This document shows positions 19,107 through 29,478 of a stretch of DNA of 64,000 nucleotides, piece after piece (position 1 is the first letter of the stretch; every line of letters starts with the position of its first letter). The notes under the pieces were generated by a model, which saw only the letters and a list, made by a program, of their open reading frames with translations, did not search any database and was not told where the DNA came from. The position numbers were made by a program, and so were the translations under genes. The DNA lies in the NCBI GenBank assembly GCA_963701965.1, contig OY969695.1, positions 3,808,001-3,872,000 of the forward strand, read 5' to 3'. The stretch is from an uncultured Gemmatimonadales bacterium. Lineage in GTDB: Bacteria; Gemmatimonadota; Gemmatimonadetes; Gemmatimonadales; Gemmatimonadaceae.

Positions 19107-21679
19107 AGCGCGCACTCCCGGTCAATGATCCCTCGCGTCTGGAGCGTCCCCAGGATCGCCGCCGCCGCGGCCCGGTGTCCCTCGGCCGTCCAATGCCAGG
19201 CGTTGGGATAGTAGGTCGGTTGCGGCTGGTGCGACGTCAACGGTCCGGCGAGATCGATCAGCGGGACGCCGAGCGAATCCGTGATGTGCTGGAGCGCGGT
19301 GTAGGGGCGAAGCATGTCGTAGTGCTCCCGATCACTCAGCGGGATGCCCGACCGCGGGAGATAGGCGATCTGGTCGCGGGGGAGCACGCTGACGCCGGCC
19401 GGCGTGTAGAAAAGGAGCAGCGGCGCGCCGATCCGCTGGGCTTGGTCCCGGAATGCGGCGACGAACTGCGCCATGCGCGCCATGTTGGCCGAATCGTAGA
19501 ATGCGTTGTCGCCGCGGCGAAAGTACGGCAGCATGAGCTTCCACGCCTGGTCGGCCGATGGCTGTCCGGTGGCCGCGGCGACCACGGCGTCGTACCCGCC
19601 GCGCAGGTTCGCCGCGAGCTGCGAGCGATCGCGCAAGCTCCCGCGGACCGTGCCGCCGCCGCCGACGAGACCAATGCCGCGGCGCCGCTGATCCGCCTGA
19701 ATCGTGATGTCCTGCCAGTCGTTCACGAAGAACTCGTGGACCACCACGTTCGGCGTGAACAGCGGGCCCAGCTCGCGAAACTGCGGCAGCTCTTCGAGCG
19801 GGCCGTAGCCCGTCACCCCGGCGTTGATCACCTCGACGGGCCGGGGCGCCAGGCACCGGGACAGCGCGGTCTGGAGCAGCGCGGGATACGACTCCTCGTA
19901 GGGCAACGCCTCGGGCATCGTGAACGCGTCGCCCATCGTCAGGACGCGAAACGTGTTGGCGTCGGCGCGCACCGGCGGGACCTCGGGGCTCGCCAGCCCG
20001 AACGAGTTCGTCCGGACCGTGTAGTCGTACTCGTTGTACCGGAGGTGGGTGACCTTGTTGGGGATGAGCGCGAACGCGCGCGTGGGATGGATGGCCAACG
20101 CGGGACGTTCCCCCCAGCCGCCGACCTCGCGCGGCGCGACGCGCCCCGCCGCCAGCTCCGCGGCCGCGAGCACCGCGGCCGCGCCAAGGCCTCCCACGAG
20201 CCACGGCCGGCGGGCGCGCATCGCGTCGGCGACCCCCACGGCCCCGGCGACGACCAGCGCGATGACCGCCGCGAGATAGCCGGAGCCGGCGGGAACCACG
20301 AACAGGGCCAGGAGCGAGGCGAGCGCCGCTGCGCGGCGCGCTTCGCGGCGCGCCATCGGCGCGCCCGCGTCGGCAATCTCGAGCCAAATCAAGGCGATGG
20401 CGTCGACGGCGAGGAGCCAGCAGAGCGCGCGTTGCCAGCGGCCATCGGGGGTGAGCTGCGGCTCGAAGGCGATCAGCACCGGGAGCACGAATGCCGCACT
20501 GAGCCACGAGAGCGGTGCGGCGACGCGACGGAGCGTAGCGACGCCGTCGCGTTGGATCGCGCGGACCGCCCGTTCGATACCAACCGCTATCGGCCAGGAC
20601 AGGACGAGCACGCCGGCGGCGGCGAGCATGTGGGCCGTGCAATGATCGCCGAGCCAGGCGGCCGTCCACTTGAGCGGCGGCTGATGGAGCAGGAAGATCG
20701 CGTAGGAGGCCGCGCCGAGCCGCTGCCACGGCGCCGCGCGCGCGGTGGAGCGCGCAACCGCGTAGAACACGCCCGTCATTCCCAACGTGACGAGCAAGTT
20801 GGACACGACCACTGTGGGTAAAAAGCAGGACGCGGCGAGTCCGGCAATGTAGCAGAGGATAGCGGCGGGCAACACGCGGGCCACCGGGGGCTCGTGGGCT
20901 CCGCGCGCCAGCCACCACGCCACGACCATGCCGGCGGCGAATTCCGCGAGGCGGCTGCCGAAGAAAAGGCCGGTCAACCAGTAGTACCGTATCGACGGCA
21001 GGAAAAGGCCTACGCTCCGCGAGACCACCGTCAGCGCGACGGCCACGGCGAAAAAACGCCAGGGCCCCAGGCGGTTGAGGCCCCGCAGCAGCAGCGGGTA
21101 GACAAGATAGAGCTGCAGGACGAGCCAGACGAACCACCACGCGGGCGAGATATAGAAGAAGAGGCCCCGCGTGAAGCGCAGGCCGGCGACGCTCAACAGG
21201 GTCGCCGGCGATCCGAACGACAGCGTGTTCCCCGGCACGAGCAGCGCGCCCGCCAGCACCACCACGTGCATGGCGATGTATAGGGGATACAAGCGCAGCA
21301 GCCGCCGGCGGTAGAACGCGCCGCGGTCGCGATCGCGGTCGCGATCGCGGTCGGGGTGTTGGAGTGCCGACAGCGTGAGTCCGACGCCGCTGGCAAAGAT
21401 GAAGACCCCCGGAGCCGCGTCGCCGAGCCAACCCAAGAGGCGCACCGCGCGCCAGAACGGCGACGGGTCGTGCGGGACGAGCGTCGCCAACCGGGTCGAC
21501 AGGGCCGGCCAGTTGGCGCTGGGGTTCGTGAACCAGGGACCGGGGCCGAATTCCTCGACGAAATGGTTGAGGAGGATCCCCAGAATGGCGAATGCCTTGA
21601 TGGGATCGAGCCAATCGAGACGCCGTTCCGGAGCCGCGGCGGCGGGTCGTGCATCGCGCACCGCGCTCGCGATGGTCAC
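19103..21679 (-). CDS. Acyltransferase-3 fused to an SGNH-like domain
   Basis: RLDWLD..K.FAI..ILLNH, F..ASG.GL, FY.RR..RL.P.Y, WFV.L..QLY, SY..FL.H; C-terminal TNSFG, GDAFT, VEVINAGV.GY, HWT.EGH. Confidence 0.85.
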   Translation of the reverse strand: MTIASAVRDARPAAAAPERRLDWLDPIKAFAILGILLNHFVEEFGPGPWFTNPSANWPALSTRLATLVPHDPSPFWRAVRLLGWLGDAAPGVFIFASGVGLTLSALQHPDRDRDRDRDRGAFYRRRLLRLYPLYIAMHVVVLAGALLVPGNTLSFGSPATLLSVAGLRFTRGLFFYISPAWWFVWLVLQLYLVYPLLLRGLNRLGPWRFFAVAVALTVVSRSVGLFLPSIRYYWLTGLFFGSRLAEFAAGMVVAWWLARGAHEPPVARVLPAAILCYIAGLAASCFLPTVVVSNLLVTLGMTGVFYAVARSTARAAPWQRLGAASYAIFLLHQPPLKWTAAWLGDHCTAHMLAAAGVLVLSWPIAVGIERAVRAIQRDGVATLRRVAAPLSWLSAAFVLPVLIAFEPQLTPDGRWQRALCWLLAVDAIALIWLEIADAGAPMARREARRAAALASLLALFVVPAGSGYLAAVIALVVAGAVGVADAMRARRPWLVGGLGAAAVLAAAELAAGRVAPREVGGWGERPALAIHPTRAFALIPNKVTHLRYNEYDYTVRTNSFGLASPEVPPVRADANTFRVLTMGDAFTMPEALPYEESYPALLQTALSRCLAPRPVEVINAGVTGYGPLEELPQFRELGPLFTPNVVVHEFFVNDWQDITIQADQRRRGIGLVGGGGTVRGSLRDRSQLAANLRGGYDAVVAAATGQPSADQAWKLMLPYFRRGDNAFYDSANMARMAQFVAAFRDQAQRIGAPLLLFYTPAGVSVLPRDQIAYLPRSGIPLSDREHYDMLRPYTALQHITDSLGVPLIDLAGPLTSHQPQPTYYPNAWHWTAEGHRAAAAAILGTLQTRGIIDRECAL

Positions 21680-23421
21680 GGCGTGGCGATCGCCGACGCT
21701 CCCGCGCCGCCGAGGGCCCGCTCCACCAACGCGCTCCGAAACGGCACGACGCCCGCCGGCGCGCGCACTGCGCCTGGGTCGGTGATGGCGCAGCCGGTGA
21801 CGCACGTCCCGGCGAGCCGCTGCACCTCGACGAACCGGACCTGATTGAACACATCCGGCGCGTAGCGGCCGTTGAGAAACTCGATCGTGTCCAGCACCTC
21901 GTTGGCCAGGCCCCGCTCCATCATCCGGAATCCGGCGTACACGCTCTCCACGAGTTTGGGCGACGGCACCGTGGTGCCGCGTCCGATTCCCGTGTAGACG
22001 AGCTTCCCGCCGATCTCACCGGGCTTGTAGAGATTGCACCCATCGATGAGCGCGCGCGCCTTCGGCGCGGCGCGCAGCATGGCGTCGCGTCCCGCGGCCA
22101 GATAGTCGCGGTGCGCCGTGCACATGATCAGCACATCGGCATCGCGGACCGCGGCGGCCAGGTCGTTCGTGAAATACGGCGTCAGAGAAAACTTGGCCAA
22201 ATTCTGGTCGTCGCCTTTCACGTAGGGATCGTGGATCGTCACCGTGCACCCGCGGTCGAGCAGCAGCCGGGCGAGCGACAGCGTCGGCGAGTTGCGCGTA
22301 TCCTCGGAGTTGAACCGGTAGGCGGCGCCGAGCAGGGCCACCGACCGTCCGTCGATGGCACCGACCTTCTTCTCGGCGAGCCGCACGGTCTCCGCGGGGG
22401 ACGCGTCGTTGATCTTGCGCGCCTCGAGGATGAGGCTCCGCTCGGTGTCGGCGCCGCTCTCGATGCGCCGCCACCAGAACAGAATGCCGTCCTTTGGCAA
22501 GCAGTGCCCCCCGACCCCGATCGTGGGAATGAGCAACCCGCCACTGGGGACGGCGTTGGGATCGAGCGACGCGTTGTCGGCTTGGGCCAGCCGCGTGTTG
22601 ACCTGGTCGCGGACGGCGTAGAAGTCCACGTCGACCTCGTCGCAGGCCCGGGCCACTTCCGCCGAGTAGGCGATCCGGACGTCGCGGTAGGCGTTCTCCA
22701 GCGTCTTGACCGCTTCCGCGGTCATGCTGTTGGTGGGATACAAGGTCCCGCCGGTGACGATCCGGGCATACAGCCGGCGAATCAGCTCCGGCGTCGCCGG
22801 GTGCAGTCCGGCCACGAGCTTGTCGCTAGCGGCGACGCGCTCGACCAGGCGCCCAGGCATGACGCGATTGGGGCTGTTCCCGAGCAGCACGTCACGCCCT
22901 TCGATGAGCCCGTACGTGGCGAAATGCTCGCGCACCAGCGTGGTCATCGACGAGGGCGCGAGGGTCGACTCGAATACGATGAGCGGGATGTTCCCTTTGG
23001 GTCGTTGGCGCAGCTGCTCGCCGACGTGTCCCAGGGCCTCGAACAGTGGCCCGTAGTCGGGGCCGAAGCCTTTCTTGTCGGTCTGGACGCACACGAGAAT
23101 CACGTCCGCGTCCCGGAGTCCGGCGGGGTCGGACGTCGCCGACAGGAAACCGGCGGCGACCGACTCGGCGACGATCCGGTCGAGATCCGGCTCCACGCCG
23201 CCGATCGGCGAACGGCCCGCGTTGATGGCGTCGACCTTCCAACCCAATGTCGGTGAGGCGCGCTGCACGACCAACACGCGGGCCGGTTCCTGGCTTCCCT
23301 CGCGAATGCGGGCGTGGGCGAGGAGGGCGGCCATCGGCATCCCGACGATCCCGGGGCCGATGACGGCGATTTTCTTGACGTGCCAATCGCGAACGCGATC
23401 GTGATCCAGTGTCAGAGGCAT
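21676..23421 (-). CDS. UDP-glucose/GDP-mannose dehydrogenase family protein with C-terminal extension
   Basis: IAVIGPGIVG.P, EST, AE.VK..ENAYRDV.IA, GVGGHCLPKD, LG.AY....D.RNSP. Confidence 0.9.
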   Translation of the reverse strand: MPLTLDHDRVRDWHVKKIAVIGPGIVGMPMAALLAHARIREGSQEPARVLVVQRASPTLGWKVDAINAGRSPIGGVEPDLDRIVAESVAAGFLSATSDPAGLRDADVILVCVQTDKKGFGPDYGPLFEALGHVGEQLRQRPKGNIPLIVFESTLAPSSMTTLVREHFATYGLIEGRDVLLGNSPNRVMPGRLVERVAASDKLVAGLHPATPELIRRLYARIVTGGTLYPTNSMTAEAVKTLENAYRDVRIAYSAEVARACDEVDVDFYAVRDQVNTRLAQADNASLDPNAVPSGGLLIPTIGVGGHCLPKDGILFWWRRIESGADTERSLILEARKINDASPAETVRLAEKKVGAIDGRSVALLGAAYRFNSEDTRNSPTLSLARLLLDRGCTVTIHDPYVKGDDQNLAKFSLTPYFTNDLAAAVRDADVLIMCTAHRDYLAAGRDAMLRAAPKARALIDGCNLYKPGEIGGKLVYTGIGRGTTVPSPKLVESVYAGFRMMERGLANEVLDTIEFLNGRYAPDVFNQVRFVEVQRLAGTCVTGCAITDPGAVRAPAGVVPFRSALVERALGGAGASAIATP

Positions 23422-23428
23422 TTGGTCT

Positions 23429-25310
23429 CTAGGCGTCGATGAACTGTCGGTACCACAACTCGAGATTGAGCAGACCCCACAAGCGGCGTCCGAACGCCGC
23501 TTCGTCCCGCATGAGCTTCTCCACTTCCCCCACGTCGAAGATCCCGCGCTCGCGGGCCCGCGACGACAGCAGCACATCGGCGAAGAAATCGCGGGAGGCG
23601 CCCTTGGCCCACAGGTGCAGCGGGACGGGGAACCCCATCTTGTCCTTGCGCTCCATGATCGAACGCGGCAGCAGCTGGGACGTGGCGCGTTTCAGGATGT
23701 ATTTCAATTCGCCGCCCCGGAACTTCATGCGCGGCGGCATGCTGGTCACCAATTCGGTGAGACGATAGTCGAGGAGCGGCACGCGCGACTCCAGTGACGC
23801 CGCCATGCTGACGCGATCCTCCACGTGCAGCAGCGCCGGCAGATTCGTCACCAGGTCGAAGTGCGTCATCTTGTTGTAGTACGACTGCGTCTCGGGGTGG
23901 TTGAACACCCGCTGGAACCGCGCGAACAGATCCTCCGGGTCGTACGTCGAGCGAAAATCGCCGCTGAAGAGACCCAGCGCGCCGCCGCTCCGGTCGATGA
24001 GGCGGAAGTACCGCCGATCCATCGGCTCGAAGAGATCCTGCCGCCAGAATTGCTGCATCATCGGCGCGTACTGGCGCAGCGATGGCAAATTCGGGATGAT
24101 CGACTTGAGGGAGACGATGTGCTCGGCTTCCTCGGTCGTCTCGAACATCGCGCCCTTGATGGCTTGCTCGAGGTAGGCCACGAGATAGCGCGCGTAGCCG
24201 CCGAAGATCTCGTCGCCTCCCTGGCCGCCCAACACGACCTTCACGTGTTGCGCGGCACACCGGGCCACCATGAACTGGGGGAAGAGACCGGGACCGGCCA
24301 CCGGCTCGTCCATTCTGGTAGACCATGCGCGGCATGAGGTCGACGAACTGCCGCTCAGTGGGGATGATCTCGTGCACCCGGGCGCCGCAGGCCCGCGCCA
24401 CTTCGTTCGCGTACCGCCGCTCGTCGAACTCGGGTCCCTCGGCGAACGCGCCCGTGAACGTCTGCAGCGGCTCGCCCACCAGCGGCGCCGCGAGCATCGA
24501 CACGATGCTCGAATCCATGCCCCCGCTGAGATAGGCGCCGACCGGGACGTCGCTCCGAAGCTGCAGCCGGATGGCGTCATCGAGCAGCCGCCGGACTTCG
24601 ACGACGAAGTATTCCTCGGTGTGGTACGGATCGATCGAAAACCGCGGCTCCCAGAACTGCTCCGTGCGCACCTGGCCCGAGGCCAGATCGATGATCTGGT
24701 AATAGCCCGGTTGCAGCTTCCGGATCCGGTCGAACAGCGTGCGGTCGCCCGTGACGAACTGGAACGTCACGTACTCGCGCAGCGAGTCGTGGTCGACGGC
24801 CCGGGGCACGTCCGGATGCCGGAACAGCGCCTTGATCTCCGAGGCGAAGACGAACTGCCGCTCGTCCGCGTAGTAATAGAACGGCTTGATCCCAAAGTGA
24901 TCGCGCGCCGTGAACACCACCTGGCGTTCCCGGTCATGGATCGCGAAGGCGAACATGCCGTTGAGCAGCTTCACGCACTCGGGGCCGTGGACGGCGTACA
25001 TCGCCAGGATGACTTCGGTGTCCGACGTCGTCCGAAAACACCATCCGCGCGCGGCCAGTTCGGCGCGCAGCTCGATATAGTTGTAGATCTCGCCGTTGAA
25101 GACGATCGTGAGCGGCCCCGCCGTCATCGGCTGGTGGCCGGTGGTCAGGTCAATGATCGCCAGCCGCTTGAAGTGAAAGCCCAGTGCGCCATCGACGAAG
25201 TTGCCCTCGTCGTCGGGACCGCGATGCTTGATGGCATCGCCCATGGCATCGAGCAGGGCTGGACTCACGGCCCGCCCGTCGAAGTTGATGATGCCGGCGA
25301 TGCCGCACAT
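23429..25310 (-). CDS. asnB: Asparagine synthase (glutamine-hydrolysing)-like amidotransferase; apparent frameshift at ~24314
   Basis: MCGIAG, HRGPD, NGEIYN, SGGMDSS in one frame; DEP, GQGGDEIFGGY, DR.SMA.SLE.RVP, K.GF..P in the next. Deleting one base of CATTCTG (24311-24317) restores VYQMDEP. Confidence 0.85.
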
Positions 25311-25313
25311 GGG

Positions 25314-26300
25314 TCAGGCCGCCACCGGCAGCGCCGGTCGTGCGGGAATGGCCGCGCGGGCGGCGATCGCGCGCGCGTGGGTGCTCATGTTCACCAGCTG
25401 GAAATGCCGGCCCAGCGCGCCCATCACGCGGGCGAACACCTGCGCCTTGCGGCGGCCGGTGATGTCCATGCCGGGAAAGAAGCGGAGCGCCGGCGCCTGG
25501 TCCCCGCCCAGCAGATCGAGGGGATGCAGCAGGAAGCTGGGCTCGGTCCCCGTGAGGCGGCAGGCGGCAATGGCGGTCTGCAGGTACGCCATCATCAGGC
25601 TGTCGGAGATCCGGCTCAGATAGAGCAGGTAGCTCAGGTGAAACGGGGTCTTGATGCCGGGTATGGTGGTGACGGGAATCTCCAACAACGACCGTCCCGA
25701 CGGCAGCTGCCACCGGTACGGGGTGACCGGCCGCATTCCGTCGCGCCACGTGCCGAAGAGGGCGCCGCGCTCGGCGCGCTGCTCGGGCGTGAGCTTGGCC
25801 GTGCGGAAGTAATAGGCGCGGGCCAGCGGCCCCAAATACGTGGGGAGGGTCGACGCGTCGTAGAGATAGCCGCGATCGGTCAGGATCTCGAGCAGCGTGG
25901 GACTCCAGCTGAACCCCGGTCCCCGAAATCCCACGGGCCGCTGGCCGGTCGCCGCGACGATGCTGTCCTCCGCGGTCGCGATCTCGGCGCGCAGCTGCTC
26001 CACCGTGTAGCGGTGGAGCCAAGGCTCGTGCTCGTGCGAGTGATTCCCGACTTCGTGGCCGGCTCCCACCGCCGCGCGCAGCGCGCCGTGGTTGGCCGGC
26101 GATGCGGCGTCGATGCCGACGATCATGAACGTGATCTTGGGGCGGCCCTCCAGCTTGTCGAGGGCCTCGAGCGCGGCCGAGAAGAAGATGTCGTAATACG
26201 ACGGGCGGGACTCCCAGCCGGGATCCCCGTGCGTCTTCATGTACGACCACAGGTTATCGACGTCGAGCGAAACGCTCGCCAGAGGGCGTGGGTCGGGCAT
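25314..26300 (-). CDS. Polysaccharide deacetylase
   Basis: SVSLDVD, TF.IVG, GHEVGNHS..H, GFRGPG, YDAS, EIPVT, LHP.D. Confidence 0.85.
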   Translation of the reverse strand: MPDPRPLASVSLDVDNLWSYMKTHGDPGWESRPSYYDIFFSAALEALDKLEGRPKITFMIVGIDAASPANHGALRAAVGAGHEVGNHSHEHEPWLHRYTVEQLRAEIATAEDSIVAATGQRPVGFRGPGFSWSPTLLEILTDRGYLYDASTLPTYLGPLARAYYFRTAKLTPEQRAERGALFGTWRDGMRPVTPYRWQLPSGRSLLEIPVTTIPGIKTPFHLSYLLYLSRISDSLMMAYLQTAIAACRLTGTEPSFLLHPLDLLGGDQAPALRFFPGMDITGRRKAQVFARVMGALGRHFQLVNMSTHARAIAARAAIPARPALPVAA

Positions 26301-26317
26301 AGGACCGAGTGGACCGG

Positions 26318-27673
26318 TCAGGCGGCGGCCGGCACGGGTGCTACCGTGCCGAGCACAGGGGCCAGAGCCGCCGCCTGCCGGTGTGCCAAGGCCAACGTCT
26401 CGTTCACGTTCAACGTGCCGTTGGCGATCTGTGCCGAGTTGACGATGAACACCCGGTCAATGGACGTGCGAAGCGGAGGAAGCAACGTGCGGGAATAGTC
26501 GAGGGTCGAGACGGCGAGCACCTCGCGCACGCGCGCGGTCTGCGTCGCCACGACCTGGGAGCGATTGAAGTGGGGGTACATCCGTTCCAGCGTACCAATG
26601 GACTCTTCGAGGATCTCGGCGTCGGACCGGCCCCAGTCGGCCGCATCCTGCGCCAGATAGCGCGGGAGGTACACGAGCGACCGCCCGCCGAACGTCGACC
26701 GGTCGACCAATGCCGTCATCTCGATCACGGCCGTGAACGGCACCCAGCTCTCGGTGATGTTGGTGACGTAGTACTCGGCCAGCGGCTTTTCGAGCAACAG
26801 CGACGGGCAGATGATGCCCTGGTACGTGACGTTGCTCAGCCGCTGCTTCTCGCCGTCCGTCAATTGGGGGCACAGCGCCGCCACCCGACCGCACGGCACC
26901 GTCAGGATGACCGCGTCGAATTCCCGGGTCTCGCCTTCGGCGAAACTCAGGGTTGCGCCGTCCGGCGCACCCTCGACGCTCGTGACCGGTGATCCCGTCA
27001 CGATCGTGACGCCCTGGGATTCGAGGTACGTCCGGAGGCGTTTCAGCACCGTGTCGTAACCACCGGCGACATAGCCGAACATCTCCTGCTTGAGCCCCGA
27101 ACGACGCGCGGCGTACATCCGGGCGATGATGGCCCAAATAAACGAGGCGCTCGCCTTGGCGTAGTTCGCGCCGAGTTTCGCGCGCAGCAACGGCAGCCAC
27201 ACGCGCTCGGTGGTACGGCGTCCGGACAGACGAGTGAGCCAATCCACGACTGGAATCTGCTCCAGGGGCTCACCTTCGGTGATCCGCGACGCCCGTAGGA
27301 TGGTGAGACCGAGACGAAGCTTGTCGATCAGCGACAGGGGCGGGAACCGCAGAAAATCGAGACTGCTCGACATCGAGTAGAGCTGCCCGTCGGTGTAGAA
27401 CCCGGTGCGCGTCGTCCGCCACTGGATGGTGTCGCCCAGCCCCAGGCGGTCCACCACGTCCCGGAGCGAGCGATCGGACAGCAGGGTGACGTGGTAGAAG
27501 CGATCCCACGTCACGTCGCCGATCTCGTGCGCCAATGCCAAGCCGCCGACGCGGGGCGCGCTCTCGAACACGGTGACGTCGTGTCCTTGCTCGCGCAGGT
27601 CCAGGGCCAGTCCCAGCCCCAGCATACCCCCGCCCACAATGCCGACGCGCCGCACGCGGTTTGGTGCGATCAC
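26318..27673 (-). CDS. FAD-dependent oxidoreductase (protoporphyrinogen/amine oxidase-like), type common in glycan loci
   Basis: VGIVGGG.LGL, V.VFE....GGLA, DRFYH. GTG start overlaps the upstream stop. Confidence 0.85.
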   Translation of the reverse strand: MIAPNRVRRVGIVGGGMLGLGLALDLREQGHDVTVFESAPRVGGLALAHEIGDVTWDRFYHVTLLSDRSLRDVVDRLGLGDTIQWRTTRTGFYTDGQLYSMSSSLDFLRFPPLSLIDKLRLGLTILRASRITEGEPLEQIPVVDWLTRLSGRRTTERVWLPLLRAKLGANYAKASASFIWAIIARMYAARRSGLKQEMFGYVAGGYDTVLKRLRTYLESQGVTIVTGSPVTSVEGAPDGATLSFAEGETREFDAVILTVPCGRVAALCPQLTDGEKQRLSNVTYQGIICPSLLLEKPLAEYYVTNITESWVPFTAVIEMTALVDRSTFGGRSLVYLPRYLAQDAADWGRSDAEILEESIGTLERMYPHFNRSQVVATQTARVREVLAVSTLDYSRTLLPPLRTSIDRVFIVNSAQIANGTLNVNETLALAHRQAAALAPVLGTVAPVPAAA

Positions 27674-29340
27674 GACGTGCCCCGGAGCCGCAGGAGCGCC
27701 AGTCGGATCAGCAAGCCGACGTGGCCGCCGATCGTCCGCAGCACTTTCATCTTGGACCGCCCGATCATGCGCACTTCCAGCGTCGCCGGATACTCGACGA
27801 TCTTGGAACCCGAGAGATCGAGCCGTCCCAGCATCTCGGCCACGCCGAGGAAGCCGGTATTGGCGATCTGCACGTGCTCCAGGGCCGAACGCCGATACAC
27901 GCGGAAGCAGCTCGTGTACGTCGCCAGCTTCTGATGCAGCACCATCCGGTACAGGCGCGACAAGGTCTTGGACAAACCCAAGCGCCAACCGGGCACGTTC
28001 CGCACGGCGCCGGCGGCGTGATACGGCGACGCGGTCACCATGTCGACGCCCTCGGCCAGCAGCGGAATCATCTTGCCCAGCTCGTGCGGATCGTACGTGC
28101 AGTCGCAATCCATCGAGCAGACGACTTCCGTCGACGACCGGGTGATACCGGTCATGATGCCCGCCGCCACGCCTCGATTGTGCGCGTGGCGCACCATCAC
28201 GCAGTTCGGGCGCTCCCCGAAGATGCGGTGCAGGGCCTGCCACGTGCCGTCGGTGCTGTGATCATCGACGAACATGAACGTCATCTCGTATTGCGGCAGC
28301 TGCTTCTCGACGCTGTCCAACGTGTTGGCCAGGTACGGCAGGATCAGCTCTTCGTTGTAGCATGGAATGACGATCGTGACCGGCGTCCGTGTCGCCGGGA
28401 GCGCCAACGGCGTGGTCACGGCGGCCGTGGCGCCCGACGTGCGGGTGTGTAACTGCAGCGATGCTGGCGGCAGTTGCGCCGGCGCCAACTCGGCGCGCAG
28501 CGGCGCCGGATGCACCCCAATGTAGTCCGCCGCGTTGGTAAACCGGTACCGGCTCAGGTAGTAGCGCAGGTAGTCGGCCATGTGCGACAGATTGCGGTAC
28601 TGCCGCACCCGTTGCATCCACGGCGCCGAGTTGATCTTCGGCTGATCCGGATCCAGCTCCCACGTGTGGAAGTACATGACGAACGGCGCCGAGAAGCTCC
28701 GCGTCCAGTGTGCCACGCCGCGCCGGACCAGCGCGTGTGGGAACTGCCGGAAGTAGTTCCCGCCGGCAATGGGCACCAGGAAGCCGAGGACGTCGGCCGT
28801 CGAGATCGGCAACTCCCACAAGGTGCGCTCGCCGTACCGGTGCAAATGGGCGAAGCGACGCCACGGCTCGGCCGCGTACGACCGCAAGATCGGGCCGATA
28901 CTGGAATCGTACTCGTAGCCCTCTTCCGCCAGGACGTCCAACGCCCACAGATCTGCCGGCCGGAACCACTTGTCGGCCACGCGGTACCCGACGACGCGCT
29001 GCCCGCCCGCGCGCTCAATGGCCTCGCGCGAACGCGCCAGGTCATCCCGAAACTCGGCCGGCGTGAGCTGTTGGATCTCGCGGTGATAGTAGCCCTTGCT
29101 GGCGATCTCGTGGCCGCGCGCCGCCACCGCCCGCACCAGCTCCGGGAGCGTGTCGGCGACCCAGCCCAGCACGAAGAACGTCGCCTTGACGCCGTACTCG
29201 TCCAGCAGGTCGATCGTGCGCTCGGTCGACTGCTGGAGCCGCCGCTCGAAGCGATACCACTGCCCGCGCTGAATGAGACGGTTGAACGCGCCGACGTGGA
29301 AATAATCCTCGAGCGCCACCGTGAGGATGTGCGTCCCCAT
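27670..29340 (-). CDS. Fusion: polysaccharide deacetylase (PEP-CTERM-locus type) + polyprenol-phosphate GT2 (DPM1-like)
   Basis: LTV.LEDYFH, KATFFVLGWVA, YDSS, GG.YFR, YFH.WELDP.QP, then a Pro/Ala linker, then IVIPCYNEE, VDD.STD, H..NRG, MDCD.TYDP, TSCFRVYRR. GAGG RBS before ATG 29340. Confidence 0.85.
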   Translation of the reverse strand: MGTHILTVALEDYFHVGAFNRLIQRGQWYRFERRLQQSTERTIDLLDEYGVKATFFVLGWVADTLPELVRAVAARGHEIASKGYYHREIQQLTPAEFRDDLARSREAIERAGGQRVVGYRVADKWFRPADLWALDVLAEEGYEYDSSIGPILRSYAAEPWRRFAHLHRYGERTLWELPISTADVLGFLVPIAGGNYFRQFPHALVRRGVAHWTRSFSAPFVMYFHTWELDPDQPKINSAPWMQRVRQYRNLSHMADYLRYYLSRYRFTNAADYIGVHPAPLRAELAPAQLPPASLQLHTRTSGATAAVTTPLALPATRTPVTIVIPCYNEELILPYLANTLDSVEKQLPQYEMTFMFVDDHSTDGTWQALHRIFGERPNCVMVRHAHNRGVAAGIMTGITRSSTEVVCSMDCDCTYDPHELGKMIPLLAEGVDMVTASPYHAAGAVRNVPGWRLGLSKTLSRLYRMVLHQKLATYTSCFRVYRRSALEHVQIANTGFLGVAEMLGRLDLSGSKIVEYPATLEVRMIGRSKMKVLRTIGGHVGLLIRLALLRLRGTS

Positions 29341-29478
29341 GTCGGCGCCCGCCACCTCACTGGAGGAGCGCCGCACCGCCAGGGTGCTACCGGGGGATGT
29401 CAATCCGAGCCGCCGTACCGGAGGGGTCAAGGACCTGCTCAGCCGAAGGGGAAACCGTGATGTCACGCCTATCCTGGT

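Noticed and set aside
29398..29403. Perfect TTGACA on the minus strand as a sigma70 -35
   Set aside because: No -10-like hexamer at 16-18 bp spacing.
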